64,000 nt of DNA, taken from Massalongia carnosa (lineage: Eukaryota). Numbering within the stretch: position 1 is the first letter of the stretch; every line of letters starts with the position of its first letter. A program made the translations under genes and the position numbers. A model generated the notes under the pieces. That model was given only the letters and a program-made list of their open reading frames with translations, ran no database searches and was not told the origin of the DNA. The stretch covers positions 1,860,001-1,924,000 of the forward strand of contig OZ287075.1 in NCBI GenBank assembly GCA_965645245.1, in the 5' to 3' direction. Of this stretch, positions 25,625 through 36,826 are shown one piece after another.

Positions 25625-27101
25625 ATGAAAAATCTTTTCAAAGCCAGCAATTCCCTCGTTTGGCCTATCGTGATTTTCTCCCTCTGGAGGTTAGTCAATT
25701 CTACTTCGCTGCTTCTTGACGTGTCAGGAACACCAGGTTCGGATTCTGCGGACAGTCCTATCGTATCCAGTTCAGACAATCTTGATGAATCAGCCCAGAA
25801 AGTTGACAATTCACCCATTTCATCCAACCTTCTAGAAACTTTTGGTAATCCTAAGGACCAATTTCGGTCAACAAAGAATTTTGGCTTTCAGTCTCAATTA
25901 TCAGATAACGCAGACGTATCTATTTCAAATATTTTACCTGAGTCAGAGACAGCTCCCAGCTCTGGGGACACAATCAACTCAGATCTTTCATCCAGCGCAA
26001 ATATTCCTCTTAACCCAGATGCCACATCCAACCTCGATACATTACCCCATCTAGCTGTTGCCCCAGCGCCGAAGATTTTGACATATCCATCCGGTTTTCC
26101 AATTACCACGGAAACGCCTTCCTCGTCAGGCAACTCAGAAATTTCAGTCAACTCACCCAGGTTGGAGGATCCGGAAAAGCAAGCCTCTTCAGCTTCAGAT
26201 GATAATATGCCTACAGACAACGGTCAAGATTCCAAGCTCTCACAACTTGATTTCGTCATTCCAAAGGAGATTCTTGAGCAATTTGACATTCCAAAGGGGA
26301 CGACTTCCGATAGTAATACTCCTAAGGGGACGCCTCCTGGACTGATCCCTGATCAAACAACTCCTCATAATTGGCTTATACTTGATCGTTATGCTGTTCT
26401 TGATCCGGATGAGGCAAGTAAAGAGCCTGACTGTACCCGGTTGAAGGGGAATAACAAGAGATTGCCTTTCTGCTGCACACGGGGCCCTCCCAGAAAACGC
26501 GGCAGAAACCAACCACTAGATCCTCTAACCACAACCCGACGAAAAGATTGTGTCCCTTGTATGTTGAAGTGTTTTGCAGTCAATCTCACCTCTTGCTCCT
26601 TGGAAAATAGCGCTCGTTTTAGAATTTGCTAACCCTGCAATCTCAGGGGATCCAAAAAACAAGAAATGCTGGCGCCCAGAGAACAGGTTTTGCTGTTTTT
26701 GTAGAGATCAAGTAAGTACCTCATATGGTGTCACACCTAACATTATGGACTTTTCAGAAACAATGAATTTGACCAAGTACGATATTCAGAGAGCAACAAC
26801 ATACGATTGCTATAGCCCTTATTTCGAAGATCATGAATTTGAGCCGAATCCAAAATCTCCCCCGCAACCAATTCCGGGCCCTCCCCCTCGGGACATGGTC
26901 ACCCAAAGAGTTACAGAGCTCGGGTTATCTTGGCTGCGAACCCAATTGTTACCCGGACGCGAGAAATGGGAAGGCCCAGAGGGCGGAGGAGTGTATCGGG
27001 AGGCCGGGCCCGCCACGTTGGAAGGATCATGTGCGCCGGAGTATCTAGAGTTCATTGGCGTACAGCCAAAACCTGACCAACTGAGACCCTTCCGGACCTA
27101 A
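25625..27101 (+). CDS. Orphan secreted protein (~436 aa): signal peptide, long acidic Ser/Pro/Thr-rich region, basic Cys-rich domain; exons 25625-26558, 26647-26711, 26790-27101
   Basis: Hydrophobic N-terminus LVWPIVIFSLWRLV; introns gtatgt..gctaac..cag and gtaagt..cag keep the frame; Cys pattern C-x12-CC-x24-C-x9-C-x7-CC-x1-C-x9-C. Confidence 0.7.
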
Positions 27102-28535
27102 CCGGGCTTGAGGAAGACGAAACCTGAGTTACATCTTTCGTTGATCTACCACTAGCCCTCACCAAGAACCTATATTTGTTGGAATAGATTTCTGCACAGT
27201 GGACCGCCCGGAAAGCTGGCAGGAGAAATAGCAAATGAAAGGATCTTGGTCACGTAGGGAGAATTGGAGGATACATCTACATGAAAGAAAGGGGCGTGGA
27301 ATAATGATATAGGTAGCTAGATTCAACGAATAAACTCCAAGCCAGTGAAGAATCGCTTAACTTAAAGTATTATGTAGAGGAGGAAGAAGTTAATTTCCTG
27401 AGTATCTCCTTACGGTTCTTCGTCGTTGTCGTTGTCGTCATTAAAAGTTAGTAACTCGTGGTTTTTATTGCGTCAGCTAGAAGTATAGTTACTATATAAA
27501 GTATGGCTGGGCAACTCTTCCCCTCGCTGCTGCCCTGCCGGCGCTCAGTTTTGCTGAGAGCCGCAACCTGCAATGGCCTTGTTTTCGCAGCAGTAAGGGG
27601 GGAAATCCTTCATCTACCTATGCGGCTGTTTAAGGAGCGGGGTGGGTGGGTGGGAAAGATATTTTTTGGTGTTGAGCTCCGAATCAATTATGATGATGAT
27701 GAGGAGGAGAAGAAGAGAGCCAAAAGGCCACCTATTTATGCCAATTTTCCTCTCCTCCTTTCCCTTCGCTTTCGTTGGCTACCCACAACCTGCCTGCCCA
27801 CTCGGTCCCGGAATTATGTACCTTTTACCCTACATAGCCGAGTTGCCTTCTTCATTTCATCCTTTTTAGAATATTATTAAGTATATTATAGCTCCGGTTG
27901 AGACCCTTGATACCTTACAATAGAATACCTGCGTGTGTACAAATAGTTATATATATGCAAAAGTTCCGTCCCGACAGTCCAAGCCGAGCAGGATAGATTA
28001 GGCACCTATATTTGGGTCGTTTGGGAAATTGGGCAAGGGGGGGGCCTGGGGGTTGGACAGCGTTGTAGGCACATAGTATTTATATGTGGTTGTGCGTAAG
28101 CAGGAGATGGTCCTTAAGGTAGAAAGGCAGGAATAGAGAAATGTGGATAGCTTTCATGATATGTCTTGTGTTTATAGAGAGAGGAGGGGGGTTGTCAGCA
28201 GAGTACTCCGTAATATGAACACAAACGGAACATATATTAGAGAGATAGTAAACCAATAAGTTAATGGCTAGAGATTTTGCTCGTGTACGAATTACTCATG
28301 AAAGGCATTATTAGATAATCGCTAGACCAATTAATATATGAATTAAATAGGTAAGCAGTCCATCGCCACCCAAAAAAAAAAACAAAAAAACAAAGCAACC
28401 CTCAGCGAGCAATGCGGCTCTAATGAATCATAAAATTCCAATCAGATACAGCTATCCAATTATAGCCGGTCCTATACTTAGTGGGTATACAATAAGCGCG
28501 TACACTCAAAACTTCCCCTTATCTATATGCAATCC

Positions 28536-30434
28536 TCAATATATCTCGTCTGTCGGAAGCACATACTTGGATTTAAGCTCCAGCAGCGGCGTGAGAACCT
28601 TTTTCCGGAACTCATTGTCGGGAAAGTTTTCTGGCCAGTTCAAGCACTCCTGCAGCGCATTAAAATAATTCAGCCCCAGGGCGTTGCGGGACTTTGCCGC
28701 GTTCGCCTTGGCGATATCGATGGCCTTGTCCATCGTCACCCTAGGCTGTCCAGGGGTCACTATGGGGGTCCAGGATCCAATCTCATGCAATAGAATCCCG
28801 AGCTTTTGTACTGGAATGCCTTGATGCGCCGGTCGAGGCCCGTAAAGGGATTTTGTAGCATTCACGCGCATCCCATACATGAGATAGGGCGTCGTGAGCT
28901 GCTTTATCCGGTCTTCGGGGTCCATCGATGATGGCTGTGTCTCGAAAAAGACGAAAAGTTCTTGACTACTGATGGGCGTCTGAGCGGAAGCAGCATTTAG
29001 AAAAAAAGCGGCAATGTTGTATGCCAGATGGTAGCGAAACCCAATGAGTTCTTTATCTTTTCGCAACTGGTCGTCACTGAGCATGTCGGCAATCTTTGCC
29101 ATGATTGAGGCAGATGCAGGATAGTGTTGAAAGATTGTAATGGCGTGCTGGTCTAGGCATAGCACAATCTGATCTTTGTAGTATTGAGCAGACGTATAAA
29201 GCTCGTGGGCAATGTCACAAATGAATTCCCATTTAGTTCTGGCATCCTGTGATGTTACCACTCCCTCATAACCTAGCGTTATTGCAAATAATACCTCTGA
29301 GCTGCGAGGCAGGGACGTAGTAGTTTGTATGTTGCTGTCCGTTAATGTACCAGGGAGATAAACCTTAATTGGAAATAGGAAGGTTTTTGGCGCAAGCTGT
29401 AGATATGCACTGCTACTTCGTGACTCTTCTGCATACTTTTTGTAGTTGTCCTTCAGCTCCAGCATGTAATTTGTTTGAGCAGGCCGGGAAGATTCAACAA
29501 GTACCTTTGCAAGAACAGCTAGACAAGGCCCCGCATCGTTTTCTTGTGAGACATGGGATGTAGAGGCTGATATTTCAATAGGCTGAGTACGCTGACGGAT
29601 ATCGGAGATGGCAACAAGTCTCTCCAAGGTCATATTTGATTCTTGAATTTTCTGTATGAGCATTTTGAATCGCTCTCTATCACTCAAGACCCAGTGCCGT
29701 ACTCGTCTCCCAACGCTCACGGTGCTTTGCATTGCATGGCTTTGTGAATTTTCCACAAAGTTTTGGGCTTGAACATCCTGATCTCTTAGCCTTTCAGGCC
29801 CAACTGAAGCTTCGCATGTGGAACTTGAGAAATGGGATGTCGATTTCTTAGGCCGATGCAACAAGCGACGGAAAAGCGATTTCTGCGATTTAGGCCCTTG
29901 TTGATTAAGCTCCACGGGAGTATTCAAGGGCTGCGGATCGGGAGTATGGGTACCATTGTCATGTAGATTGAGAGAAATATCAACGCTGTTTCGTTGGGAC
30001 CCGAGAGCTTGTAGACCACCAGTACGAGGCTCATCTAATGATAAGCCATGGGGCGTGTCAAGCCGAGGCAAATAGCTTTCAATGAGCGCAGAGCATTCTT
30101 CAAACAGGGAAGAAAGTTTGGCGAGTGTGCTTAGAATCGTTCTTGCCTTCTGAAAGTCGTCGGGTCTAGCGTGTAGGAGCTGTCGGAAGTCCTCAGGAGA
30201 CCCAACCTCTTGTAACGCCGTAGTGAATTCGACCCGTGTGTCGTGGTCGTTAAGCAAAAAGATCGGTGTCCTTAAGAGCTCATCGAGTAGGACTCCCTCA
30301 CTGAAAAAATGGTTCGAGTAATCCTTGAAATCTTCTCCAAATGATGCTTGAAGTTTGTATGTTTTCCATACTTTCCGCCCCAGTTTGATGGCTGGATCCA
30401 ACAAAGCGATGGCTCCGAGCGTTTCTGCAGCCAT
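28536..30434 (-). CDS. HeLo (HET-S N-terminal / prion-inhibition) domain protein with C-terminal degenerate kinase-like domain, ~632 aa, single exon
   Basis: N-terminal MAAETLGAIALLD..QASFGEDF and HeLo end motif RVRHWVLSDRERFKMLIQKIQESNMTLERL; C-terminal RYHLAYNIA..PYL..KLGILLHEIGSWTPI..LGLNYFNALQECL..FRKKVLTPL matches the kinase C-lobe-like domain of fungal HET-s domain proteins. Confidence 0.8.
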   Translation of the reverse strand: MAAETLGAIALLDPAIKLGRKVWKTYKLQASFGEDFKDYSNHFFSEGVLLDELLRTPIFLLNDHDTRVEFTTALQEVGSPEDFRQLLHARPDDFQKARTILSTLAKLSSLFEECSALIESYLPRLDTPHGLSLDEPRTGGLQALGSQRNSVDISLNLHDNGTHTPDPQPLNTPVELNQQGPKSQKSLFRRLLHRPKKSTSHFSSSTCEASVGPERLRDQDVQAQNFVENSQSHAMQSTVSVGRRVRHWVLSDRERFKMLIQKIQESNMTLERLVAISDIRQRTQPIEISASTSHVSQENDAGPCLAVLAKVLVESSRPAQTNYMLELKDNYKKYAEESRSSSAYLQLAPKTFLFPIKVYLPGTLTDSNIQTTTSLPRSSEVLFAITLGYEGVVTSQDARTKWEFICDIAHELYTSAQYYKDQIVLCLDQHAITIFQHYPASASIMAKIADMLSDDQLRKDKELIGFRYHLAYNIAAFFLNAASAQTPISSQELFVFFETQPSSMDPEDRIKQLTTPYLMYGMRVNATKSLYGPRPAHQGIPVQKLGILLHEIGSWTPIVTPGQPRVTMDKAIDIAKANAAKSRNALGLNYFNALQECLNWPENFPDNEFRKKVLTPLLELKSKYVLPTDEIY

Positions 30435-30824
30435 CCTGCTGAGTTGGCACGATGACAGCAGATGCTGAACAAACACTGAACCGAGATGGCATAAGTATTG
30501 TCAGCATACTTGGCGGCTCTGACGAGGCTATCAAATCAAGAACAGCCCAAGCGATGTCCCACGAGGCTGACAGCTATTGTCCAACGTGCATGAATGCTGT
30601 TTACTTCAGGACTGCCATTGGTAAATGAGATCAGCCCAAAAAGCCTCGTAAGGACCCCACCAATCTGTAGAGGAAGAGAAACTGGCTTCGACAACATAAT
30701 ATTGAATTTTTCTTCTGGACACCCTCTGGTGGTTTGAGTCTCTGCACATTATCGACACAGCAGATGCTCCATAACGAATACCTTCATTGAAGTCACGACG
30801 GCGCAGTCTGTTAGACATAGGGGA

Positions 30825-32901
30825 ATGGCGGAAGTCGCTGGGCTTGCGCTTGCAGTGATGCCGCTATTCATGAACATCATGGAGACGGTCAAGACAGCAA
30901 TCGCTATATACCATCGCGAGGAAAACCTTTCTATGATGATGACCAAACTATATGTCGAAAGAGCTCGTCTGGGCGAGTTTGCACGTATACTTGGCGTTGT
31001 CAGTGAAGGCGCTACACCTTTAACCCTCGACTCAGAGCACGTTTCCATTTTGCAGAGAATCATGACCAGTTCTTCGGAAAAGCTTATCGAAACACAACGT
31101 CTAATAGCAAGACATGGCTACCAGAGATCTTCAAGATCGGATGCTATCAAGCTCTACAAAGATTTGATTTGGGCTCGACAGGATGAAACGCGGCTTTCTG
31201 GCTTAATTCAGAATCTGACAGAACTAAATGACGCCTTGTATCGCATGATTATGCTACAACTACTACAAAAACAAAGTAAGAGCGGCGACCAATCACCAAC
31301 ATCTGCCGACTATAATTCAGAAAAATCAACCTCTTGGGCCAAGTCACTGGTCGATGGCTTATGGACCTCTTCTGTTGAAAGTTTGGATGTGATTGGCGAC
31401 AAGGCCCTCAAATCTCTCCCTTTGCGCCGTACGTTTCGACGAGCTATTGTTCGGTTGACCATGTGGCGTGATGGATTTGACTTCGACTTATCACAGATTG
31501 AACTCGTGCTAGGAACGAATGAGTACTTGTATGAAGCTGTGGTTATTACACTCTCTCGTCTGGTCTACTTTTTATGTATGTTGGTTTACAGGGACCTATC
31601 AGAGGTGTTCTATAAAAGTAGAGTCTTAGCTAATACTGGTACTCGATAGGGAGACTAATTAATGCTGCTATAGAAGAAAATTTTGTACTCCCCATCAAGC
31701 TCCGAGCCCACATGGGTCGCATAACAGAGCGAATTAAATCGGCTGGGATAGCAATGAACTTTTCTATAGAAGACGTTGATGAATCTGAAGACACACCATT
31801 TTACCGCCCGCTCTTCATTGAACGTCCCGTAGAGAAGTCCTCTGATGGCTTGGAAATGTGGGTGAAGGAAGAGGTGAACAGTCATTGTGCTGTCTTATTT
31901 GAGCTAGTAGGCGCCATTGACCGCGCAAGGAAACGGCACATCTGGTTGTTAGACCTTGGAATGAGGTCAAGAGACTCTGCCATCGAAACATCTGAGGGCA
32001 TCCTTTCAGATATTTCCTATCTATCAGCCCTTCCTGACCAGAAATACAAATCCATGGCAAGTGGGACTGTACTAGCAACAGAAACTCGGAAACCTGTTTC
32101 AGAGTATGTGGATATAATATTGGAAACCGAACAAAAGTGAGTGGATTACCCCATTTTCGAATCCTGTGATCACATATAATGAGCTTCTTACAATATATTT
32201 CGCGTCTCTTGCAAATAACTGATAAAGTTGATGCTAGCGACTGTTCACCGGAAGAGAGAATGCTCTCGCAAGCTACTCCAAGAGCCGGTGCAAAGCAGCT
32301 TCTTTCAGCTAACATTGAAGCTGCTACAACACTCTACCATCACCTACAAGCAAAATCCGAAAAGCTAGCACAAGCTGAAAATAAGAACAACGCTAACACA
32401 TTTAGTGAAAAGCCAAAGCCCAGAGTGATTCCGCAACTAGAGCAGGATGTACGAGATGAACTATCAAGGCTCAAGCAATTTACGCAAGAAGTTGGGACAG
32501 AGCTAGACGGAAGCGTGGCAGAACGTAATGGACAGATTCAAGAGGCTGCCACTTTTGCACTCGAGCATATTAACCATGTATTGAGTAAGAACTTCCAACT
32601 CCCACGATTTTTATTCTTCTCTGCGCTTCTGATGCCATGTGTAGACCTAGCTCTTACTAGAGAAGAGCTTACTCGTCATCATTCGTGGGATGTTATTCCC
32701 AAGGAGCGGCATCAAGAGCTGGACAAAGTCCACCGAATCGAAGACACTGCGAGTGCTGTACGAGATTTTCACGATATGAACGACTCACTTGCCAAGCTTC
32801 TGCAACCCATCAAGATTGCAGAGAATCTGCCTGCTTATCGGTCTAGTCCTCTCTCCGGCGAGCTCACAGTTATGAGAACCTCTTTGCAAGGGGTCATATG
32901 A
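30825..32901 (+). CDS. Second HeLo-domain protein (~631 aa) with further helical/coiled regions; exons ~30825-31575, 31650-32136, 32184-32584, 32645-32901
   Basis: MAEVAGLALAVMPLF..KLYVERARLGEFARILGV..LIWARQDETRLSGLIQNLTELNDALYRM is a HeLo-type signature; GT-AG introns link ORFs 30825, 31712 and 32179 in frame (the acceptor at 32183 is a weak GAG). Confidence 0.75.
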
Positions 32902-33659
32902 CGAAGCTCTGCTTAATTCCAACCTGCGCTCGTTCATATTCTAAAAGTGGACCAATCATGAAAATTCTACTGCAGAGGGCGAGCTGAGTGGACTTTCGGA
33001 AAGCTCACATGATGGCAGATTTCTTAACTATAAATGTGGTATTCAATCCCCAGGTATATGTTCTATGTTTTCCAAGTGATGAACAAACTCCTTTTTCATG
33101 ACAATGTATAGTGTGAGGCATATTTTTGAACCTTTTACGTTTGAGACAGTATGACGATTCAACAAAGGATTGTGTGTTTTTGGGTGCTTCTCTACGTTGA
33201 TTGACACGGGCTTGGCTGAAGCATAGTATGGCATGAAAATAGTCTCGGCAACCACGTCTCTCATTACTTTCAGGCTTCTTGTTTTCGCATGTTGGTTGGG
33301 TTTTTGGAATTTAGTGACAAGACTGGTAATGAGAAGACGATCATTAGATAACATAACATACAGCGAATCTTTTATGATGTGTAAAAGTCCATAAGTCGGA
33401 TCATTCTAATTATCCATGCCTAGCCCTTCAGTATAGATTACTTAGTGCGTAGCTCTACGAGCAGGCTAAGCCCCTTCGATTTATCCAAAAGCTGTGCAGT
33501 CAGCCTGTTAGCCCAAACGGGCTTAGCCGGGCACGTCTGAGGCTATGTTTCATTGACGAAGCTATGTGCTTGTATCCGTACTAACATCATCATTCAAATC
33601 TCGTCCTGTTGGGAAGTCTAGTGTTGACAAATTAGATTTTCTCTATCTTCCCCGGCTTC

Positions 33660-34288
33660 ATGTCCTCCAACGTCGGCCTCACCACTCCGCGGGGTAGCGG
33701 CACCTCAGGCTACGTCCAGCGCAACCTCTCCCACCTGCGCCCCCGTGACGCTATTGCCCCATACCCCAAAGATTACGATAGCATGAAACATCGGCAGCGG
33801 AAACCAGATCAGGAGATTCTGAATCATGACCGGTTAAGGGAGATTGAGGTCAAAGTGTTTGATCTAAGAGATCAACTTGAGGACGAGGGGTGAGTTCCCC
33901 AATATGTTTCCTTTTACGGCAAGGGCTCTTCAATTTCAAATCTCAACTTGAATCTACAAACCCTGCCTTCGCTTTTCCATCCACCATGCCTCGAAACTCT
34001 GGCTACTCACCGGCAATATCGTAATACACGTACAGTATCTCGGAAGACGAAATCGAGCTCCAAACCACCGCCCTCCGCAAAAAACTCTCCGCTGCCGCCG
34101 ACTCCAAATCCAACTCCACGCGAACTCTCAAACCCCACCAGGTACACGAGCTTGCGGCGGCGAAGATCGAGGAAAGCGAGAAGTTGCGGAAAGCGTTAGG
34201 GATCCGGGAGGATTACGAGGAGGGGAGTCATTGGAAACGGCAGGAGGAGCGGATGAGGGATGGGTTGGGAGAGGGGGGGAGGAAGTGA
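33660..34288 (+). CDS. CWC21: Pre-mRNA splicing factor Cwc21; intron 33890-34036
   Basis: MSSNVGLTTPRGSGTSGYVQRNL, ILNHDRLREIEVKVFDLRDQLEDEG|ISEDEI..LKPHQVHELAAAKIEESEKLRKALGI..YEEGSHWKRQEE. Confidence 0.95.
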
Positions 34289-36826
34289 ATAAGGCTAAGT
34301 AATGGATTTTTTGTGAACGCAGGAGGGATTATTTGGTGAGACAGGTTTAGGGACGAGAGAGGGCTGGCTCGGCATTGTGGAATGGAGGCGTTTGGAATAG
34401 AGGTACACCTTCCTATTCAGTTGGGCTGGCGCTATACCTGGTTTAGGAGAATGCTCGCTGATGCTGCTTAAAAGCCTACAGTTCTCATACAGTCTCGAAT
34501 ATATCCAGATGACTTACGCGTATACCAACCACCCGGCGGCGGAGTGCAGTTTGCGAGTCTTCCTAAAAATGTACAGTACCCCCATACCTAACTTATCTTA
34601 CCATTAGCCTCTTTAGATGAATCATCCAGCGAGTGACCTCCATCAACCTCCCTACTATCTCTACGCGACCCCACATAAAGGAAAGGTAGCTTGCCGCCAG
34701 ACTAGAAGGCCCATCCACACCATACCTAGCATTGTAGCGTCCCTCTCTGAGTTTTTACCTCCTACGAGAAAAAGCATGCTCCCTATCTTCCGAATTTTTC
34801 TCTCCCTTTAAGGTCGTTTTACGTCTTCGAACCTATCTGTTCAGTTCGGATGGGTTCAGGACCCTTATATAAATATCTCCCACTAGCCCATGTACACACC
34901 CCTTTTCTGTTCCATATCATAGCCTACTTGTTCCTATGCCCCATGATCAAAGATTGACATTTTCTCCCACCCCGTACCAAGAACCTTTCTTATCAAACTC
35001 GCCCGTATCACAAATCCAACTGCCCATCCCTACGAAAACGAGAACCCCAACATCGATAAACCCTTACCACCGAAACCCTGCGGAAACACACGCCCATCCC
35101 CCCTCACAAGGTTTCGGGCGTTTCACGTCTGTGGATAGGTTATTGCGGTTTGAGTAGCAGGAGATGTCATTTCTTGAGATTGGGCGTGTTCGAGTGAAAC
35201 GGGGGATGGTTTTGCTGAAGAGAGATCGACCAGCCCATCTTTCTTACTTTTGAGTCAGTGACACATTCGTATGGTAGATTATATCACTAGCTGAGGTTTT
35301 CAATGACTTGGATGGATCGCTATTTAATCAAAGGATAGCACTTGCTATGGAGTTACTAGAGAAATGATGTCCCTTGCGTTACCCCTGGATGATAGTGAGG
35401 CGAGCTTCTCTAGTAAACTTGCCATTTCAACGTGTATCACAGATTGAGGGCTTCGTAACAGCGATTATCAATCTGCTACGCTTGAACGATCTTCTCCAGC
35501 AACTCAAGCTATTTTCAGGACTCATGTTCCTGAAGATAAGTTCTTCCAAGAATCACCTTGACAATTCAGGTTCACATTGAAGAGCCAACTGGTTTAATTA
35601 GCATATTCTAGAAGAATAATAACTAGTTTTCCCTTGTACGCTAGATTTGTAAGTCAGTCACCTAATTCAAAATGTCTTCTAGAGTAAATGGCCTTCCGAA
35701 AGCGGATAAGCCTGTCCACGAGCAGAACTTTCCTCAGGGCTTTCTCGAGTTGTGCCCTTGTTTAGGGCCCGGTTTATCCGACGTATCAGCTGATCATACC
35801 TCATGCAGAATATTCTATGACTTCTATAGTAGTTGACTGTCGAGCCTGCTGGCATCATTTGGTAACGCCGGAGGAGTTGAAAATATTTTTTCTCATGTCA
35901 AAGTTTGGTCTGTTGCGCATGCGACTCAAAATCTTGATTGCCACGTCTTTTGCCTTTTGGTAGCATTCAAATCTTGATTTCAGACTTTCGGATTCAGTAT
36001 TTTCAATGGCTCTTCATCGCAAAAGCCTTTGAAATAAACAACTGATTCAACAACAAACCTAGCAGACAAAATCAGCAATTAACTTATCTACAAATTTTTA
36101 GTTTCTTCGTTACTGCGATGGATTTCTTGCCTCCAGGAAAGGTTTTCGATTGACATTCTGAAACATGGTTGGAAGTTACTCCTTGGATCCGAGCAAAAGA
36201 ACACATCGATCCTCCCCTGGTATACTTTGGGCTTCGGCAACGATCGTATCAATCATGGATGTCTAGAAAGGGTCAATCTGGCTGCCAGTCTCTTTCTTTC
36301 CTGAATATAGCATATATGCCTCGTCATTGATCAAAACTTTGCCTAAGGGTTGCCCAGTATCACTTTGGTATTTGGTTCGGATTGACATAGAACACTGCCT
36401 ATGAAATCTGATGGTTCTTGACACCAACTGGCGCAGGAGCAAGTAAGATCTGCATTAATTATGCCGTATGAATGGGGGTTCTCACCTTCGCTATTTCTGA
36501 GAAGTCCGAGATCGGCTAGAATCTGGCCATAGAGCTTGTGATGTGGCACAAATTTCCATAGGAAAGCCTCTTCATACAAAAGCACTGTGGATGCCGTAAT
36601 ATGATATGCGTGACCTACAAAGCTATTCAGCTCAGAAAGGGTATTTCTTCTAATACTCCAATAATACGTTACTTCGTACTATTCTATAGTACTCCGTAAT
36701 CCGTACTCCGTACCGTTAGTTTGTCCGGATTGCAATAAGGGAATTGTCCCGAGACACCATGGAGCTCGTTCCGTAGTGCCAACCTTGCATTAGCATCGAG
36801 AATGGAATTTCAAAGTCGACTTGCAG

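Noticed and set aside
28536..32901. Amyloid signalling motif or NLR partner for the HeLo genes
   Set aside because: No HET-s-like pseudo-repeat, RHIM/PP-like G-x-Q-x-G motif, P-loop or superstructure repeats seen by eye
33464..33528. 10-bp inverted repeat GGCTAAGCCC / GGGCTTAGCC upstream of CWC21
   Set aside because: Too short, no target-site duplication; may be chance or an ordinary promoter element
34300..36700. 2.4-kb spacer with scattered short ORFs
   Set aside because: No coherent reading frame, repeat or RNA structure could be supported
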